Below, piece after piece: positions 39,166 to 49,905 of a stretch of 64,000 nt of DNA (its first letter is position 1; each line of letters starts with the position of its first letter). Made by a program: the position numbers and the translations under genes. The DNA lies in IMG/VR virus record IMGVR_UViG_3300042343_001623; one strand, written 5' to 3'. This stretch comes from an uncultured virus (IMG/VR IMGVR_UViG_3300042343_001623). Lineage: Duplodnaviria > Heunggongvirae > Uroviricota > Caudoviricetes. The notes beneath the pieces were generated by a model, which ran no database searches, had not been told where the DNA came from, and saw nothing but the letters and a program-made list of their open reading frames with translations.

Positions 39166-40386
39166 ATGGAAACGAACAATTTACTCCAATCAATTGAAAA
39201 TTTAAAGATAGAATATAACAATGATTCAATTTGTTTGGGAAAAAAAATCAAAAATGGTGTGGTTACTGATGAATTATCTATAGTTTTTTTTGTTGACGAA
39301 AAAAAACCAATAGAAAATTTAACTCAAAGTGATCTAATACCATCGAGAATAAATGTTGGTGGGACTATTTTGAAGACCGATGTTGTTGAAAGTACAACAC
39401 TGAACGTTCATCCTTGTCCAACAGAATTTAATTCAACCTGTATCTTTAATCCAGTACCAAATAGATCTTATATAAGACCAATAAAGGGTGGTATTTCAAT
39501 AAGAAAAACAACTGATGGTATTGGAACTCTTGGTTTTTTGGCTAAACATACTGAAACAGGTGCATTGGTTGGTGTTACTAATTTACACGTTGCACTAAAA
39601 GTACATTTTAATGCAAATGACCTTTGTAAAGAACCACCTTGTACGTTTGATTATAACTCCCTAATTGAACAAATTTATCAACCAGGTGAAAGTTCATCTT
39701 ACGAAACAGATTTTTATAACTTAGGCCGTGTTATGTATTGTACTTTACTTTATAATACTGGTTCGGCTGAAATTGATTGTTGTTTAGTGGCTTTAAAAGA
39801 AAGTGTATTGTCAAATAGTGAATCTTTCAAACAATATGGATTGAGTTTTACAACACCCCCTGTATTTGCAACAACCGCTGAGCTTGATTCTATTTTAACA
39901 AATAATATTCCTTTAGCCGCGTCCGGTAGATCATCAGGACCGAAAGAAGGTTCATTGTGTGGACTAAAAGCATTATATGTAAATTATTCATCTATGGTTA
40001 ATGGATATAGAAAAAACAACGACGGATACGTTTGGGGTAAGAGATTTGCAAATCAAATTGCCTATACTAGAGTAGATCAAGATTGTCCTGACCCATCAAT
40101 ACCCGGTGATTCGGGTTCCGCGGTTTTTGGAAATTTCGGAGGAACTTGGAAAGTTGTTGGTCTGAACTTTGCCGGTGGAACTATGAGTTCAGGCATTGAT
40201 ATAGGAATATTCAATAGAATCGATAGGGTTGCGGCCTTAATGGGAATTGAAGCGTGGGATGGATCTCAATTGAATTTTATAGATCTTAATAATGTCAGTA
40301 CTTACCAAGTTCAAGGTTTCAACTCCAACAACACAATAACTGTTGATGGTTCTACTTATTGTCAATCTGGATTAGTTAATAGTTAA
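39166..40386 (+). CDS. trypsin-like serine protease
   Basis: GTLG, TNLHV (His), IDC (Asp), GRSSG, PGDSGS (Ser), VGLNFAG. Confidence 0.8.
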   Translation: METNNLLQSIENLKIEYNNDSICLGKKIKNGVVTDELSIVFFVDEKKPIENLTQSDLIPSRINVGGTILKTDVVESTTLNVHPCPTEFNSTCIFNPVPNRSYIRPIKGGISIRKTTDGIGTLGFLAKHTETGALVGVTNLHVALKVHFNANDLCKEPPCTFDYNSLIEQIYQPGESSSYETDFYNLGRVMYCTLLYNTGSAEIDCCLVALKESVLSNSESFKQYGLSFTTPPVFATTAELDSILTNNIPLAASGRSSGPKEGSLCGLKALYVNYSSMVNGYRKNNDGYVWGKRFANQIAYTRVDQDCPDPSIPGDSGSAVFGNFGGTWKVVGLNFAGGTMSSGIDIGIFNRIDRVAALMGIEAWDGSQLNFIDLNNVSTYQVQGFNSNNTITVDGSTYCQSGLVNS

Positions 40387-40448
40387 TATTTACCTCTTCA
40401 AAACTTAATTTATGATTTGAATAAAATAAATTTTCAAACATAATTAAA

Positions 40449-41693
40449 GTGACTATATTTGTCCAAATAGCATCATACAGAGATCCCGAATTAGAAAACA
40501 CAGTTAGGGATATGATTTCAAACGCCGATCGACCCGAAAAATTAAGGTTTGGTATTGCAAGACAATATAAAGAAGAGGACGGTTTTGATAAATTAGAAGA
40601 ATTTAGAAATGATGATAGATTCAGAATTTTAGATATACCTTACGAAGAATCAAACGGAGCTTGTTGGGCGAGACACCTTATCCAACAACTTTATAGGAAT
40701 GAAACCTATACCCTCCAAATCGATTCACATATGAGATTCGAAAAGGGTTGGGACACCACTTTGATCGATATGATTGACCAACTACAAGAAGATGGACATG
40801 AGAAACCACTTCTAACAGGATATGTAAGTTCATTTGATCCTGATAATGACCCCGCAGGAAGAGCAAGAGATCCTTGGAGAATGGCATTCGATAGATTTAT
40901 CCCCGAGGGTGCAGTTTTCTTCCTACCTGAAACAATACCTGGTTGGACTGAACTAACCAAACCAGTTCCCGCTAGATTTTATTCCGCACACTTTTGCTTC
41001 ACACTCGGAAAATTTTCAAAAGAAGTTCAACACGACCCTGAATATTATTTCCACGGAGAGGAAATCAGCATCGCAGCAAGAGCATACACTCACGGATATG
41101 ATTTGTTTCACCCTCACAAGGTAGTTGTTTATCACGAATACACAAGAAAAGGACGAACCAAACAGTGGGATGACGATAAGAAGTGGGTTGAAAAGAACAA
41201 TCATTCTCATAAGAGAAACAGACAACTTTTTGGTATGGATGGTGAAGAAATGGTTGACTTAGGTCAATTTGGATTTGGTCCCGTCAGAACTTTAAGAGAT
41301 TATGAAAAATATTCAGGTCTCCTCTTTAGTAAAAGAGCGGTTCAAAAATACACTTTGGATAAGGAATATCCACCAAATCCAAATAATTACGAAACGGAGG
41401 AAGACTGGATCAACTCATTCACAAAACAATTCAAACATTGTATCGATGTTGCCTATGATCAGGTTCCCGAAAGAGATTATGATTTTTGGGTGGTTGCATT
41501 CCATGATCACAAGGATGAAACAATATACCGTAAGGATGCGGATAAACACGAAATTCAAGGGTTTTTTAGAGATCCTGACGGGTATTGTAAAGTTTGGAGA
41601 ACTTTCAATGCTGAAGAAAAACCTGCATATTGGGTTGTTTGGCCACACTCTGAATCTAAAGGGTGGGGTGAAAGAATGACAGGAAATTTATAA
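40449..41693 (+). CDS. GT60-like polypeptide N-acetylglucosaminyltransferase
   Basis: TIFVQIASYRDPEL, GACWAR, LQIDSHMRF..GWD, YFHGEE....ARAYTHGYDLF match the Skp1/mucin-type GlcNAc transferase family. Confidence 0.85.
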   Translation: MTIFVQIASYRDPELENTVRDMISNADRPEKLRFGIARQYKEEDGFDKLEEFRNDDRFRILDIPYEESNGACWARHLIQQLYRNETYTLQIDSHMRFEKGWDTTLIDMIDQLQEDGHEKPLLTGYVSSFDPDNDPAGRARDPWRMAFDRFIPEGAVFFLPETIPGWTELTKPVPARFYSAHFCFTLGKFSKEVQHDPEYYFHGEEISIAARAYTHGYDLFHPHKVVVYHEYTRKGRTKQWDDDKKWVEKNNHSHKRNRQLFGMDGEEMVDLGQFGFGPVRTLRDYEKYSGLLFSKRAVQKYTLDKEYPPNPNNYETEEDWINSFTKQFKHCIDVAYDQVPERDYDFWVVAFHDHKDETIYRKDADKHEIQGFFRDPDGYCKVWRTFNAEEKPAYWVVWPHSESKGWGERMTGNL

Positions 41694-41697
41694 AAAA

Positions 41698-42258
41698 ATG
41701 AAAGATTTATTTCTCAATTTAAAAAATGAAGACTTGGATGAGTTGAAAATGGAATCTTATTCTTTAATCAATAATGAAGAATATCAAAATTATTTTTTAC
41801 AAAAATCATCTCAGGAACACTATCGACTACTAACTTTTTTATCCAATTATTTTGATGGTGTATCATTTGTTGATGTCGGTACTTTATTAGGTTGTTCAGC
41901 ATTGGCTTTGGCCGCAAACAAAACAAATAAAGTTTACTCATTTAATTTGACAGATCAATTACAATTGAAAGAAAAACCGCAAAATGTTGAGTTTATAGTC
42001 GATGACGTAATGAGTGATAAATACAAAGAAATCATATTAGATTCCAAAATAATTCTGTTAGATACTTTCCATACAGGAGATTTTGAACTTATTTTTTTGA
42101 ACTATTTGAAAAAAATTAATTATAATGGAATATTGATATTAGACGACATACGTTTGAATAATGAAATGTCTCAGTTTTGGGAGACAATAAATGAAGATAA
42201 AATGGAAATCACCAACTTGGGTCATGTATCAGGGACTGGTGTTGTTTTTTTTGATTAA
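41698..42258 (+). CDS. class I SAM-dependent methyltransferase
   Basis: VDVGTLLGCSA, LLDTFH, ILILDDI. Confidence 0.75.
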   Translation: MKDLFLNLKNEDLDELKMESYSLINNEEYQNYFLQKSSQEHYRLLTFLSNYFDGVSFVDVGTLLGCSALALAANKTNKVYSFNLTDQLQLKEKPQNVEFIVDDVMSDKYKEIILDSKIILLDTFHTGDFELIFLNYLKKINYNGILILDDIRLNNEMSQFWETINEDKMEITNLGHVSGTGVVFFD

Positions 42259-42260
42259 AG

Positions 42261-42893
42261 ATGATAAAAAGTTGGACATATAACACCACCGGTGGTAAAA
42301 GGGAAGACATAAAAAAATATATATCCGACAACAATTTGAAAACAGTTGATGTTGGTGCATCTTACATGTTTTGGTCTTATCCTGAGTGTAAATTTGTTGC
42401 CGATTCGATTGTTGTCAATAAGGATGATGTTACTTTTTTTAATTTGAATTTGGAAGATAAAACCACATGGGGTGAGATATTATCATATGTCGAAACCTAT
42501 GGAAAATTTGATTTCTCTATTTGCTCACACACAATTGAAGATGTATTTAATCCTTTGGAATTAACAGACTTGTTGACTAAAATATCACTTGAGGGGTTTA
42601 TTGCGTCACCATCAAAATATGATGAATTTTCGTTTTTATACCAAAATAAATATCGTGGTAATGCCCATCATAAACAATTTTTAGAAATTATTAACAATGA
42701 AGTTGTTATTTTTCCAAAATTTTCTTGGATTGAAAATGATGTTAGAAGTGATGAAATCTTGATGAAAAATAAAGGTAAGGAAATTTCTTTTTTTTGGGAA
42801 AAGGAAATACCTATAAAAGTATTCGGAAATGGTATACCGTTTCAATCAGATAGTAACTTAATTAATGAATATTATAGACAATTGGATAATTAA
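42261..42893 (+). CDS. putative class I SAM-dependent methyltransferase
   Basis: VDVGAS, KFDFSICSHTIEDV. Confidence 0.65.
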   Translation: MIKSWTYNTTGGKREDIKKYISDNNLKTVDVGASYMFWSYPECKFVADSIVVNKDDVTFFNLNLEDKTTWGEILSYVETYGKFDFSICSHTIEDVFNPLELTDLLTKISLEGFIASPSKYDEFSFLYQNKYRGNAHHKQFLEIINNEVVIFPKFSWIENDVRSDEILMKNKGKEISFFWEKEIPIKVFGNGIPFQSDSNLINEYYRQLDN

Positions 42894-42894
42894 T

Positions 42895-43614
42895 ATGGAA
42901 AATGAAAAAATTTGCCTGATTACAGTATTATTTGACTATCCTGATTATTACGAACCATCTTTTTATAAAAACGCGTTGAAATATTTTTCATCTGAGGATA
43001 TTCACATAGTCAGAAATTCTGGTTTGGTTAAGAATGGATCTTACTATGACAAACTGTATTACTATAAAATAGTAAATCTTTTAGAATACATTAAATCTCA
43101 AATTCTTGGGAAGTATAAATATATACTATTTTTAGATGCCACGGACACAAATTTTATCGGTTCACCAAAAAATATAGTTGAAGATTTTCATTCATTGAAT
43201 TGTAGTATAGTTATGGGAGCTGAGAAGGGTTTGTGGCCACCGACTAACTATACTCACTTATATGAAAAAAAAAGGTCTATAAACAATTCCAAATATCTTA
43301 ACTCAGGTACATATTTCGGATACACTGAAAAAATAATCTATCATTTAGAGGATATTATTACTAAAGAATATCAAACGGGTATTGATGATCAAGGAAGATG
43401 GACAATTCAATATCTATTGAATGATGATATTATCATCGATCAAGAAAAAAACTTCTTTTTCAGTACGTTAGATAATAAAGACTATGTAGAAATCGAAAAT
43501 AATAAAGTAACATTGTTAAATTCAAATGCGTTTATAATTCATGATAATGGACCCTTCAACGATAATACCATAAAATTAACTCAATTTATTAATGAAAACT
43601 ATCAGAATAACTAG
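42895..43614 (+). CDS. glycosyltransferase, PLOD (lysyl hydroxylase) GT-domain-like
   Basis: LFLDATDT, GAEKGLWP, YLNSGTYFG, DDQ, IIHDNG mirror the PLOD GT domain motifs; start reassigned to MENEK. Confidence 0.75.
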   Translation: MENEKICLITVLFDYPDYYEPSFYKNALKYFSSEDIHIVRNSGLVKNGSYYDKLYYYKIVNLLEYIKSQILGKYKYILFLDATDTNFIGSPKNIVEDFHSLNCSIVMGAEKGLWPPTNYTHLYEKKRSINNSKYLNSGTYFGYTEKIIYHLEDIITKEYQTGIDDQGRWTIQYLLNDDIIIDQEKNFFFSTLDNKDYVEIENNKVTLLNSNAFIIHDNGPFNDNTIKLTQFINENYQNN

Positions 43615-44575
43615 ACAAGGGTTTCCAAATCACGGTCAACACAGTTGGATGAGTTACTTTAAATTTGTACTATCCAAAAAATATAATGTACTTATTGATC
43701 CAATTAATCCTGACATTGTAATACACTCGGATCTACACTATAATAGAGAACAAATCGATACATATACCAATCATTTACCTACAGAATATAGACAGAATGA
43801 TAAGAATAAAAAATTTATTTATGTTTCAGGTGAAGTCGCCGATTTTTCAGGACCTATATTTGCAAATGACAATCAGTGGGCGATAGGTTACAATAAATTT
43901 GAACACGAAAGATATTTGAGACAACCATCTGGTGTGTTCGATGTGTGGACATTATATGACGAATCAAGATTGGTTGATAGTCCATTATCTTGGTTGACTC
44001 AAAAGAGGAATATTGATCAAATTAAGAATAGAAACACAGGATTTTGTTCAATAACACAGGCATCAGATAATAAATTTAGAGGTTTAGTCTTTGACAAATT
44101 AAATGAATATAAGATGGTTACGTCATCAGGCCCTTGGAGACAAAATATAGATCCAAAAGATGAACTGAACAAATATCAATGGTTGAATCAAGTTTATATT
44201 GGAAGAAACGATGGATTGACTTACAGAGAAAAAATACAGTTTTTTCAAAAGTATAAATTTAATATTGCAATACACTACACAAATACTGATTATATATTAC
44301 AGGAAAAGTTATATCATGCTTTTTTTTCGGGTGCTATTCCTATTTTCTACGGGAATCAATATATTTTAGAGGAGGGATTTAACCCTGATAGTTTCGTAAA
44401 TTTGCATAATTTTTCGGATTTGAATGATTTTTTGGAGTTAATCAAGAGAATAGATAATGACGACAATTTGTATAAAAAATATATTGAAGCCCCTATTTTT
44501 TTGAATAATGAATTACCAATTTACTATGATTTTGATTACACACTTAATTTTCTAGAGAAAATTGTTGAATCATGA
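43592..44575 (+). CDS. GT10-like alpha-1,3-fucosyltransferase
   Basis: KIQFFQKYKFNIA......DYILQEKLYHAFFSGAIPIFYG...FNP.SF is the GT10 fucosyl motif. Confidence 0.8.
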   Translation: MKTIRITRQGFPNHGQHSWMSYFKFVLSKKYNVLIDPINPDIVIHSDLHYNREQIDTYTNHLPTEYRQNDKNKKFIYVSGEVADFSGPIFANDNQWAIGYNKFEHERYLRQPSGVFDVWTLYDESRLVDSPLSWLTQKRNIDQIKNRNTGFCSITQASDNKFRGLVFDKLNEYKMVTSSGPWRQNIDPKDELNKYQWLNQVYIGRNDGLTYREKIQFFQKYKFNIAIHYTNTDYILQEKLYHAFFSGAIPIFYGNQYILEEGFNPDSFVNLHNFSDLNDFLELIKRIDNDDNLYKKYIEAPIFLNNELPIYYDFDYTLNFLEKIVES

Positions 44576-45285
44576 AATACATTTTTACAACGTTGGCTGT
44601 TGGTAATTCGTACTTGGAAAATGCAATCAATTGTTATAATCAATTAAGTGAAAAATGTTCAGCAAGTTTTAATATTACAACAAACGAATCGATGGATGTA
44701 AGTGATAGAATCAATTTAGATTTATTTAAGTTAGACAAATATCACGATGACGGTGCTGGATTTTCATTTTACTTGAATTTAAAAGTATTATCCCTCAAAT
44801 ATTGTTTAGATAAGGAATTTGACTACATCATTTTTAACGACGCCGATTGGATGACTTCGGAAGGTTTTAGTGAACAAAAAATTATTAACATGTTCAATTA
44901 TATGGAAAAAAATAATTTAGATTTATTATTTGAAAGACCTGCCAAAATTGGTGACCACAAAAAAGATTTACAAAATTGTTTTTTTGACAGGAAATTATTT
45001 GATTATAACGTCTTCGATCATAATAAATGGGATGAAGCTCATGTAGTTAATGAACAATTTTTAGTGTTTAAAAATAATTGGAAATTCAGATTTTTCGTTA
45101 GGAGATGGGAGGAGTTTTTGTGGTACTCTATAAAAAATAATATAAGGAATTACCCTGACGGATTCGAAATAGGTGTTTCTGCTTTGGAGTCTGATATGAA
45201 ATGGGATTACGAAGCTTTTAGATACTTGTTACCAAATTGTTTTAAATTTTATGATAAATCTAATAACTTACATAAAAAGTTTTAA
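44572..45285 (+). CDS. putative GT-A glycosyltransferase
   Basis: TTLAVGNSY start, YIIFNDADW (DxD). Confidence 0.55.
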   Translation: MKYIFTTLAVGNSYLENAINCYNQLSEKCSASFNITTNESMDVSDRINLDLFKLDKYHDDGAGFSFYLNLKVLSLKYCLDKEFDYIIFNDADWMTSEGFSEQKIINMFNYMEKNNLDLLFERPAKIGDHKKDLQNCFFDRKLFDYNVFDHNKWDEAHVVNEQFLVFKNNWKFRFFVRRWEEFLWYSIKNNIRNYPDGFEIGVSALESDMKWDYEAFRYLLPNCFKFYDKSNNLHKKF

Positions 45286-45287
45286 AT

Positions 45288-45917
45288 ATGAATATACAAA
45301 CAAGAATTACTAAATTTACAAACTTGATAGATAATGACAGTCTATCGGCCTTTGACTATCATTCGGCACAACAAACTCACGAGGCGTACCAAGTATTCTA
45401 TGACTTTATTTCAAGAGTAAAACCCAAGAGGATTTTAGAAATAGGAACTGCTTTGGGTGGTTTTACTGAATTTTTAGATATAATTACTAAAGAACTCAAA
45501 TTAGATGTCAAAATACTATCATATGATATTTCCGAAAGACCTTGGTATAGAGAAATGATTGAAAAAGGTATTGACGTTCGTGTTGAAAACATTTTTTCAG
45601 ATGATTGGACTAATGTTAATCAGGAGGTCATTGACTTCATAAGGGAAGATGGTATAACTATAGTACTTTGTGACGGAGGGTATAAAATCGGAGAATTTAA
45701 TTTATTATCTGATTTTTTAAAGGTCGGTGACTTTATATTGGCACATGATTTTTGCTTAAATGACGAGGTATTTGAAAATGAAATGAAAAATAAAATTTGG
45801 AATTGGTGTGAAATTAAAGAATCTGACATAGTAAGTAAATCTCAAAAAAACAATCTGTCTTTCTATGATTATGATTTATTTAAAAAAGCAGCTTGGGTTT
45901 GTAAAGTTAAAGAATGA
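45288..45917 (+). CDS. class I SAM-dependent methyltransferase
   Basis: KPKRILEIGTALGG, VLCDGG, LKVGDFILAHD. Confidence 0.75.
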   Translation: MNIQTRITKFTNLIDNDSLSAFDYHSAQQTHEAYQVFYDFISRVKPKRILEIGTALGGFTEFLDIITKELKLDVKILSYDISERPWYREMIEKGIDVRVENIFSDDWTNVNQEVIDFIREDGITIVLCDGGYKIGEFNLLSDFLKVGDFILAHDFCLNDEVFENEMKNKIWNWCEIKESDIVSKSQKNNLSFYDYDLFKKAAWVCKVKE

Positions 45918-47596
45918 TGAGTAACGTAACTTTAGTAACAGGTTTATGGGATTTAGGTAGAGGTGCTTTATCTGAAGGATGGGGACGTGATTTTGAATCA
46001 CACTATTTGAGTAAGTTCAAGGATATTCTCAAAATACCTACCAATTTGATCATATTTGGTGATTCAGAGTTGAGGGAGTTTGTTAATGTACACAAAACAC
46101 ATAACGAAATTCAATTTATTGAAAGAAACTTGGATTGGTTCAAAGGTAATTTTTATGAAAAAATACAATCAATCAGAACGGATCCTAACTGGTTCAATCA
46201 AAAAGGGTGGTTAAGTGAATCTACTCAAGCTAAATTGGAAATGTATAATCCTTTGGTTATGCAAAAAATGTTTTTATTAAATGATGCCAAAATAATGGAT
46301 CAGTTTGATTCGAAATATATGTTTTGGTTAGATGCTGGAATTACTAATACTGTTCACCTTGGTTATTTTACGCATGACAAAGTTTTGGAAAAATTACCAA
46401 AATTTATAAACAAATTTTCTTTTGTTTGTTTCCCGTATGATGCGGATGGTGAAATTCACGGATTTAACTACGATGAAATTTGTAAATTATCCGGTACTAA
46501 AGTTAAAAAAGTGGCTAGAGGTGGTTTTTTCGGTGGTCCAAAAGATCAAATATCCGACGCTATGAATCTTTACTATGGTTTCACCAATGACACTCTAAAT
46601 AGAGGTTTTATGGGTACTGAAGAAAGTATTTTTTCAATAATGGTTTACAAATACCCCCAACAGTTTGATTATTTTGAAATTGAATCAAATGGATTATTAA
46701 GTAAATTTTTTGAGGATTTAAAAAATTCCAGTCTCAAAGTGAAAAACGAAACAACAATATTAAATAAGAATATAAGTTTAGACTTAAATAAAACTTCAGT
46801 TTACGTTATTACCTTCAATAGTCCAAAACAATTTGAAAAATTAATAAATTCATTTATTCATTATGATGACGATTTCATCGAAAAGCCAAAAAAATATTTA
46901 TTGAATAACTCGACAGATAGAAGTACTGATAATCATTATGATGAACTTTGTGAAGAGTATGAGTTTACACAAATTAAATTTCCTGAAAACTTAGGTATTT
47001 GTGGGGGAAGACAATATATTGCTGAACATTTTGAAGAGAGTGATTCAGATTTTATGTTTTTCTTTGAAGATGATATGTTTTTTTATGGTGGTGTAGAGGA
47101 TTTTTGTAAAAATGGTTTTGGTAGGAAAGTTTCACAAATATATTCTAAATCATTGGAAATTACAAAAAATGAAGGATTTGATTTCTTAAAACTCAACTTT
47201 ACGGAATTTTACGGAGATAATTCAACACAGTGGTCTTGGTATAATGTACCTCAAGACTTTAGAAACCAAAAATGGCCCGAATATAATAAATTACCTACTC
47301 ATGGTTTAGATCCAAATGCACCCAAAACTTCATTTAAAAACATCAAGAGTTACAAAGGTATACCGTATGCCAGCGGAGAAGTTTATTATTCAAATTGGCC
47401 ACAAATTGTGACGAGAGAAGGAAATAAAAAAATGTTTTTAGAAACTACTTGGGCACATCCTCATGAGCAAACATGGATGTCTTACATTTACCAAGAAACT
47501 CTTAAAGACAGAATTACACCGGGAATCCTCCTTTTGACACCAACAGAACATAATCGATTTGATCATTACGACGGAAAATTAAGAAAAGAATCATAG
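45914..47596 (+). CDS. HtrL-like domain fused to a GT-A glycosyltransferase domain
   Basis: N-terminal TLVTGLWDLGR..FWLDAG..GGFFGG (HtrL-like); C-terminal VITFN..NLGICGGR..FFEDD. Confidence 0.7.
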   Translation: MMSNVTLVTGLWDLGRGALSEGWGRDFESHYLSKFKDILKIPTNLIIFGDSELREFVNVHKTHNEIQFIERNLDWFKGNFYEKIQSIRTDPNWFNQKGWLSESTQAKLEMYNPLVMQKMFLLNDAKIMDQFDSKYMFWLDAGITNTVHLGYFTHDKVLEKLPKFINKFSFVCFPYDADGEIHGFNYDEICKLSGTKVKKVARGGFFGGPKDQISDAMNLYYGFTNDTLNRGFMGTEESIFSIMVYKYPQQFDYFEIESNGLLSKFFEDLKNSSLKVKNETTILNKNISLDLNKTSVYVITFNSPKQFEKLINSFIHYDDDFIEKPKKYLLNNSTDRSTDNHYDELCEEYEFTQIKFPENLGICGGRQYIAEHFEESDSDFMFFFEDDMFFYGGVEDFCKNGFGRKVSQIYSKSLEITKNEGFDFLKLNFTEFYGDNSTQWSWYNVPQDFRNQKWPEYNKLPTHGLDPNAPKTSFKNIKSYKGIPYASGEVYYSNWPQIVTREGNKKMFLETTWAHPHEQTWMSYIYQETLKDRITPGILLLTPTEHNRFDHYDGKLRKES

Positions 47597-47613
47597 TATA
47601 TTTATAATATATT

Positions 47614-49848
47614 ATGATAAATTTTTTTATAAAAAAATCCTCTAGTTTACCAATTCTCAAGGTTGAATTACTTGTTGATGGTAGAAATCTGTATAACGGT
47701 TTATTAACCAGTATTACAGGTTCTACCATTTTCTTTTCAATGGAAGAGGAAAATACAGGTGTTAAGAGAATTTTGAAAGATATTGCCAGTTATGAAATAA
47801 CTGATTCGAAAATTATACTATCTTATCAATTTACTTCACACTACACAAAAAAAATAGGGTCTTATTTCGGGCAGTTTAATATATCCAACAATTACGGATC
47901 TCAAATTTTTCCTATAACAGAAAAAATAAAAATAGGTATTATCGATTCAATTTATGATCAAAGTTCAGTTGATTGTTGTTCTACTGATAAACCGATTTCA
48001 ATACTACCATCACCAACTCCGACCACAACACCAACAAGTACAATATCACCTTTACCAACAAAAACACCTCTACCAACAAAAACACCCACAAGAACTCCGA
48101 CATCTACTCCTACGGTTACACCAACTACTACACCCACAAGGACAGTTACTCCTACAATTACACGAACAAGTACTGTTACGCCAACTACTACACCCACAAG
48201 GACAGTTACTCCTACAATTACACGAACAAGTACTGTTACGCCAACTACTACACCCACAAGGACAGTTACTCCTACAATTACACGAACAAGTACTGTTACA
48301 CCAACTATTACACCTACAAATACAATAACGCAAACTCCAACTGTTACGGTTACACCCACAAATACTATTACACCGACAAATACAGTCACTCCCGGACTTT
48401 CCCCGAGTATCACACCCACCAATACTGTTACAAGAACAAGTACCGCAACACCAGGATTATCTCCAACATCTACTCCGACAAATACTGTAACACCAACATC
48501 TACTCCGACAAATACTGTAACACCAACGAATACCGTAACACCAACGAATACCGTAACACCAACAAACACACCTTCACTAACACCGTTGAGTGAATTGGTT
48601 ATAAATTTTGGATCTGAATATGGATCTGGTTCAACAAGGATTGTTTACACTTTCACAGCATCATCAATATCAGATGAAAATGTGATAATTTCGTTTGATA
48701 ATGTCTTATATAATAAAGTTACAGATCAACAAATTACAATTACGACGGGTGTTACTATAAATGCAGGATCAATTACTGGTCGTACTGAAGTTCTTCTAAG
48801 AGATGTTGATTATAATACGGAAATAGAAAAAGGATCAACATCATTTGTCAATGTAGTTTCAACAAGAAGAAATACTTCTTTCAATAAGTATGTCAAAGTT
48901 GTTTTTGAAGATTATACACCAATAACAGGTTTTGTTTATTTCGAAAAGTGTTGTGACAAAAGTGATCCAGGTCCCGATTATATAGAAGTTCAAGTAACTA
49001 CTTTTGAATGGCATTCATTGGGTGGTGGTATTGTTTATAGTGGTACTTGTTATTCACCAATTGAAGGGCCGATACAATCGACGTTTATTGGTTTGAGGTA
49101 TGGTGCTGACTTTTTCGGGGATTGCACAGATCAAAGATTTTGTTCTTGTTACATTGCACCAACACCAACACCTTCTGTTACACCAACTAAGACTGCAACT
49201 CCTTCACTAACAAAAACACCAACACCAACACCGACTAAAACAGTAACACCTTCTATCACAACAACATTAACACCAACCTCTACAAATCCTAATAGTCTGC
49301 TTTGTTCTAGTAATGTTTCTGCAATTTTTATTGACTGTATTGGTTCTGCGACTCCATTTTTCATTGATTGTGTGGGCACATCGGATCCTTTTTTTATAGA
49401 TTGTTCAGGTTCTTCTCAAAATTTATTCATTGAATGTGAAATATCTACTCAAGAATTTATTATTGAATGTCAAGTAACTACACAAAATTACTTTTTGGAA
49501 TGTGATGTAAACACTATCCCATACTTTTTGAACTGCGAATCTTCATTCCAAACTTTCTTTTTAGAATGTATAGGTAATTTTGAATATCTAACACCAACTC
49601 CTACATCAACGGTGACACTTACACCAACACTTACACCAACTACCACACTCACACCAACAATATCATTAACACCAACACAAACAATTACTCCTACTACTAC
49701 AACCACAAACACACCAACTGTTACGAGAACTAAAACACCAACACCAACGGTCACAAGAACTAAAACACCAACACCAACAATAACACCGACTCAAGATAAG
49801 GTGACTCTGACACCAACGTCTACACCAACGTCTACACCAAGAAGATAA
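47614..49848 (+). CDS. modular virion appendage-like protein with Thr/Pro repeats
   Basis: N-domain paralogous to 57177-57551; three TP tracts; Cys-rich modules; 11-aa FIxC repeat. Confidence 0.7.
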   Translation: MINFFIKKSSSLPILKVELLVDGRNLYNGLLTSITGSTIFFSMEEENTGVKRILKDIASYEITDSKIILSYQFTSHYTKKIGSYFGQFNISNNYGSQIFPITEKIKIGIIDSIYDQSSVDCCSTDKPISILPSPTPTTTPTSTISPLPTKTPLPTKTPTRTPTSTPTVTPTTTPTRTVTPTITRTSTVTPTTTPTRTVTPTITRTSTVTPTTTPTRTVTPTITRTSTVTPTITPTNTITQTPTVTVTPTNTITPTNTVTPGLSPSITPTNTVTRTSTATPGLSPTSTPTNTVTPTSTPTNTVTPTNTVTPTNTVTPTNTPSLTPLSELVINFGSEYGSGSTRIVYTFTASSISDENVIISFDNVLYNKVTDQQITITTGVTINAGSITGRTEVLLRDVDYNTEIEKGSTSFVNVVSTRRNTSFNKYVKVVFEDYTPITGFVYFEKCCDKSDPGPDYIEVQVTTFEWHSLGGGIVYSGTCYSPIEGPIQSTFIGLRYGADFFGDCTDQRFCSCYIAPTPTPSVTPTKTATPSLTKTPTPTPTKTVTPSITTTLTPTSTNPNSLLCSSNVSAIFIDCIGSATPFFIDCVGTSDPFFIDCSGSSQNLFIECEISTQEFIIECQVTTQNYFLECDVNTIPYFLNCESSFQTFFLECIGNFEYLTPTPTSTVTLTPTLTPTTTLTPTISLTPTQTITPTTTTTNTPTVTRTKTPTPTVTRTKTPTPTITPTQDKVTLTPTSTPTSTPRR
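48121..48307 (+). repeat. 60-bp tandem repeat, 3 copies
   Basis: Rows 48121, 48181 and 48241 are identical except the last base of copy 3; encodes [20 protein letters not shown]. Confidence 0.95.
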
Positions 49849-49905
49849 ATTTTTACTTCAAATGAAATTTTATCCAAATTAACATATTTATAAAAAAAAA
49901 CTTGA

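Noticed and set aside
48121..48307. Possible CRISPR array
   Set aside because: Contiguous in-frame 60-bp tandem units with no unique spacers and no cas genes
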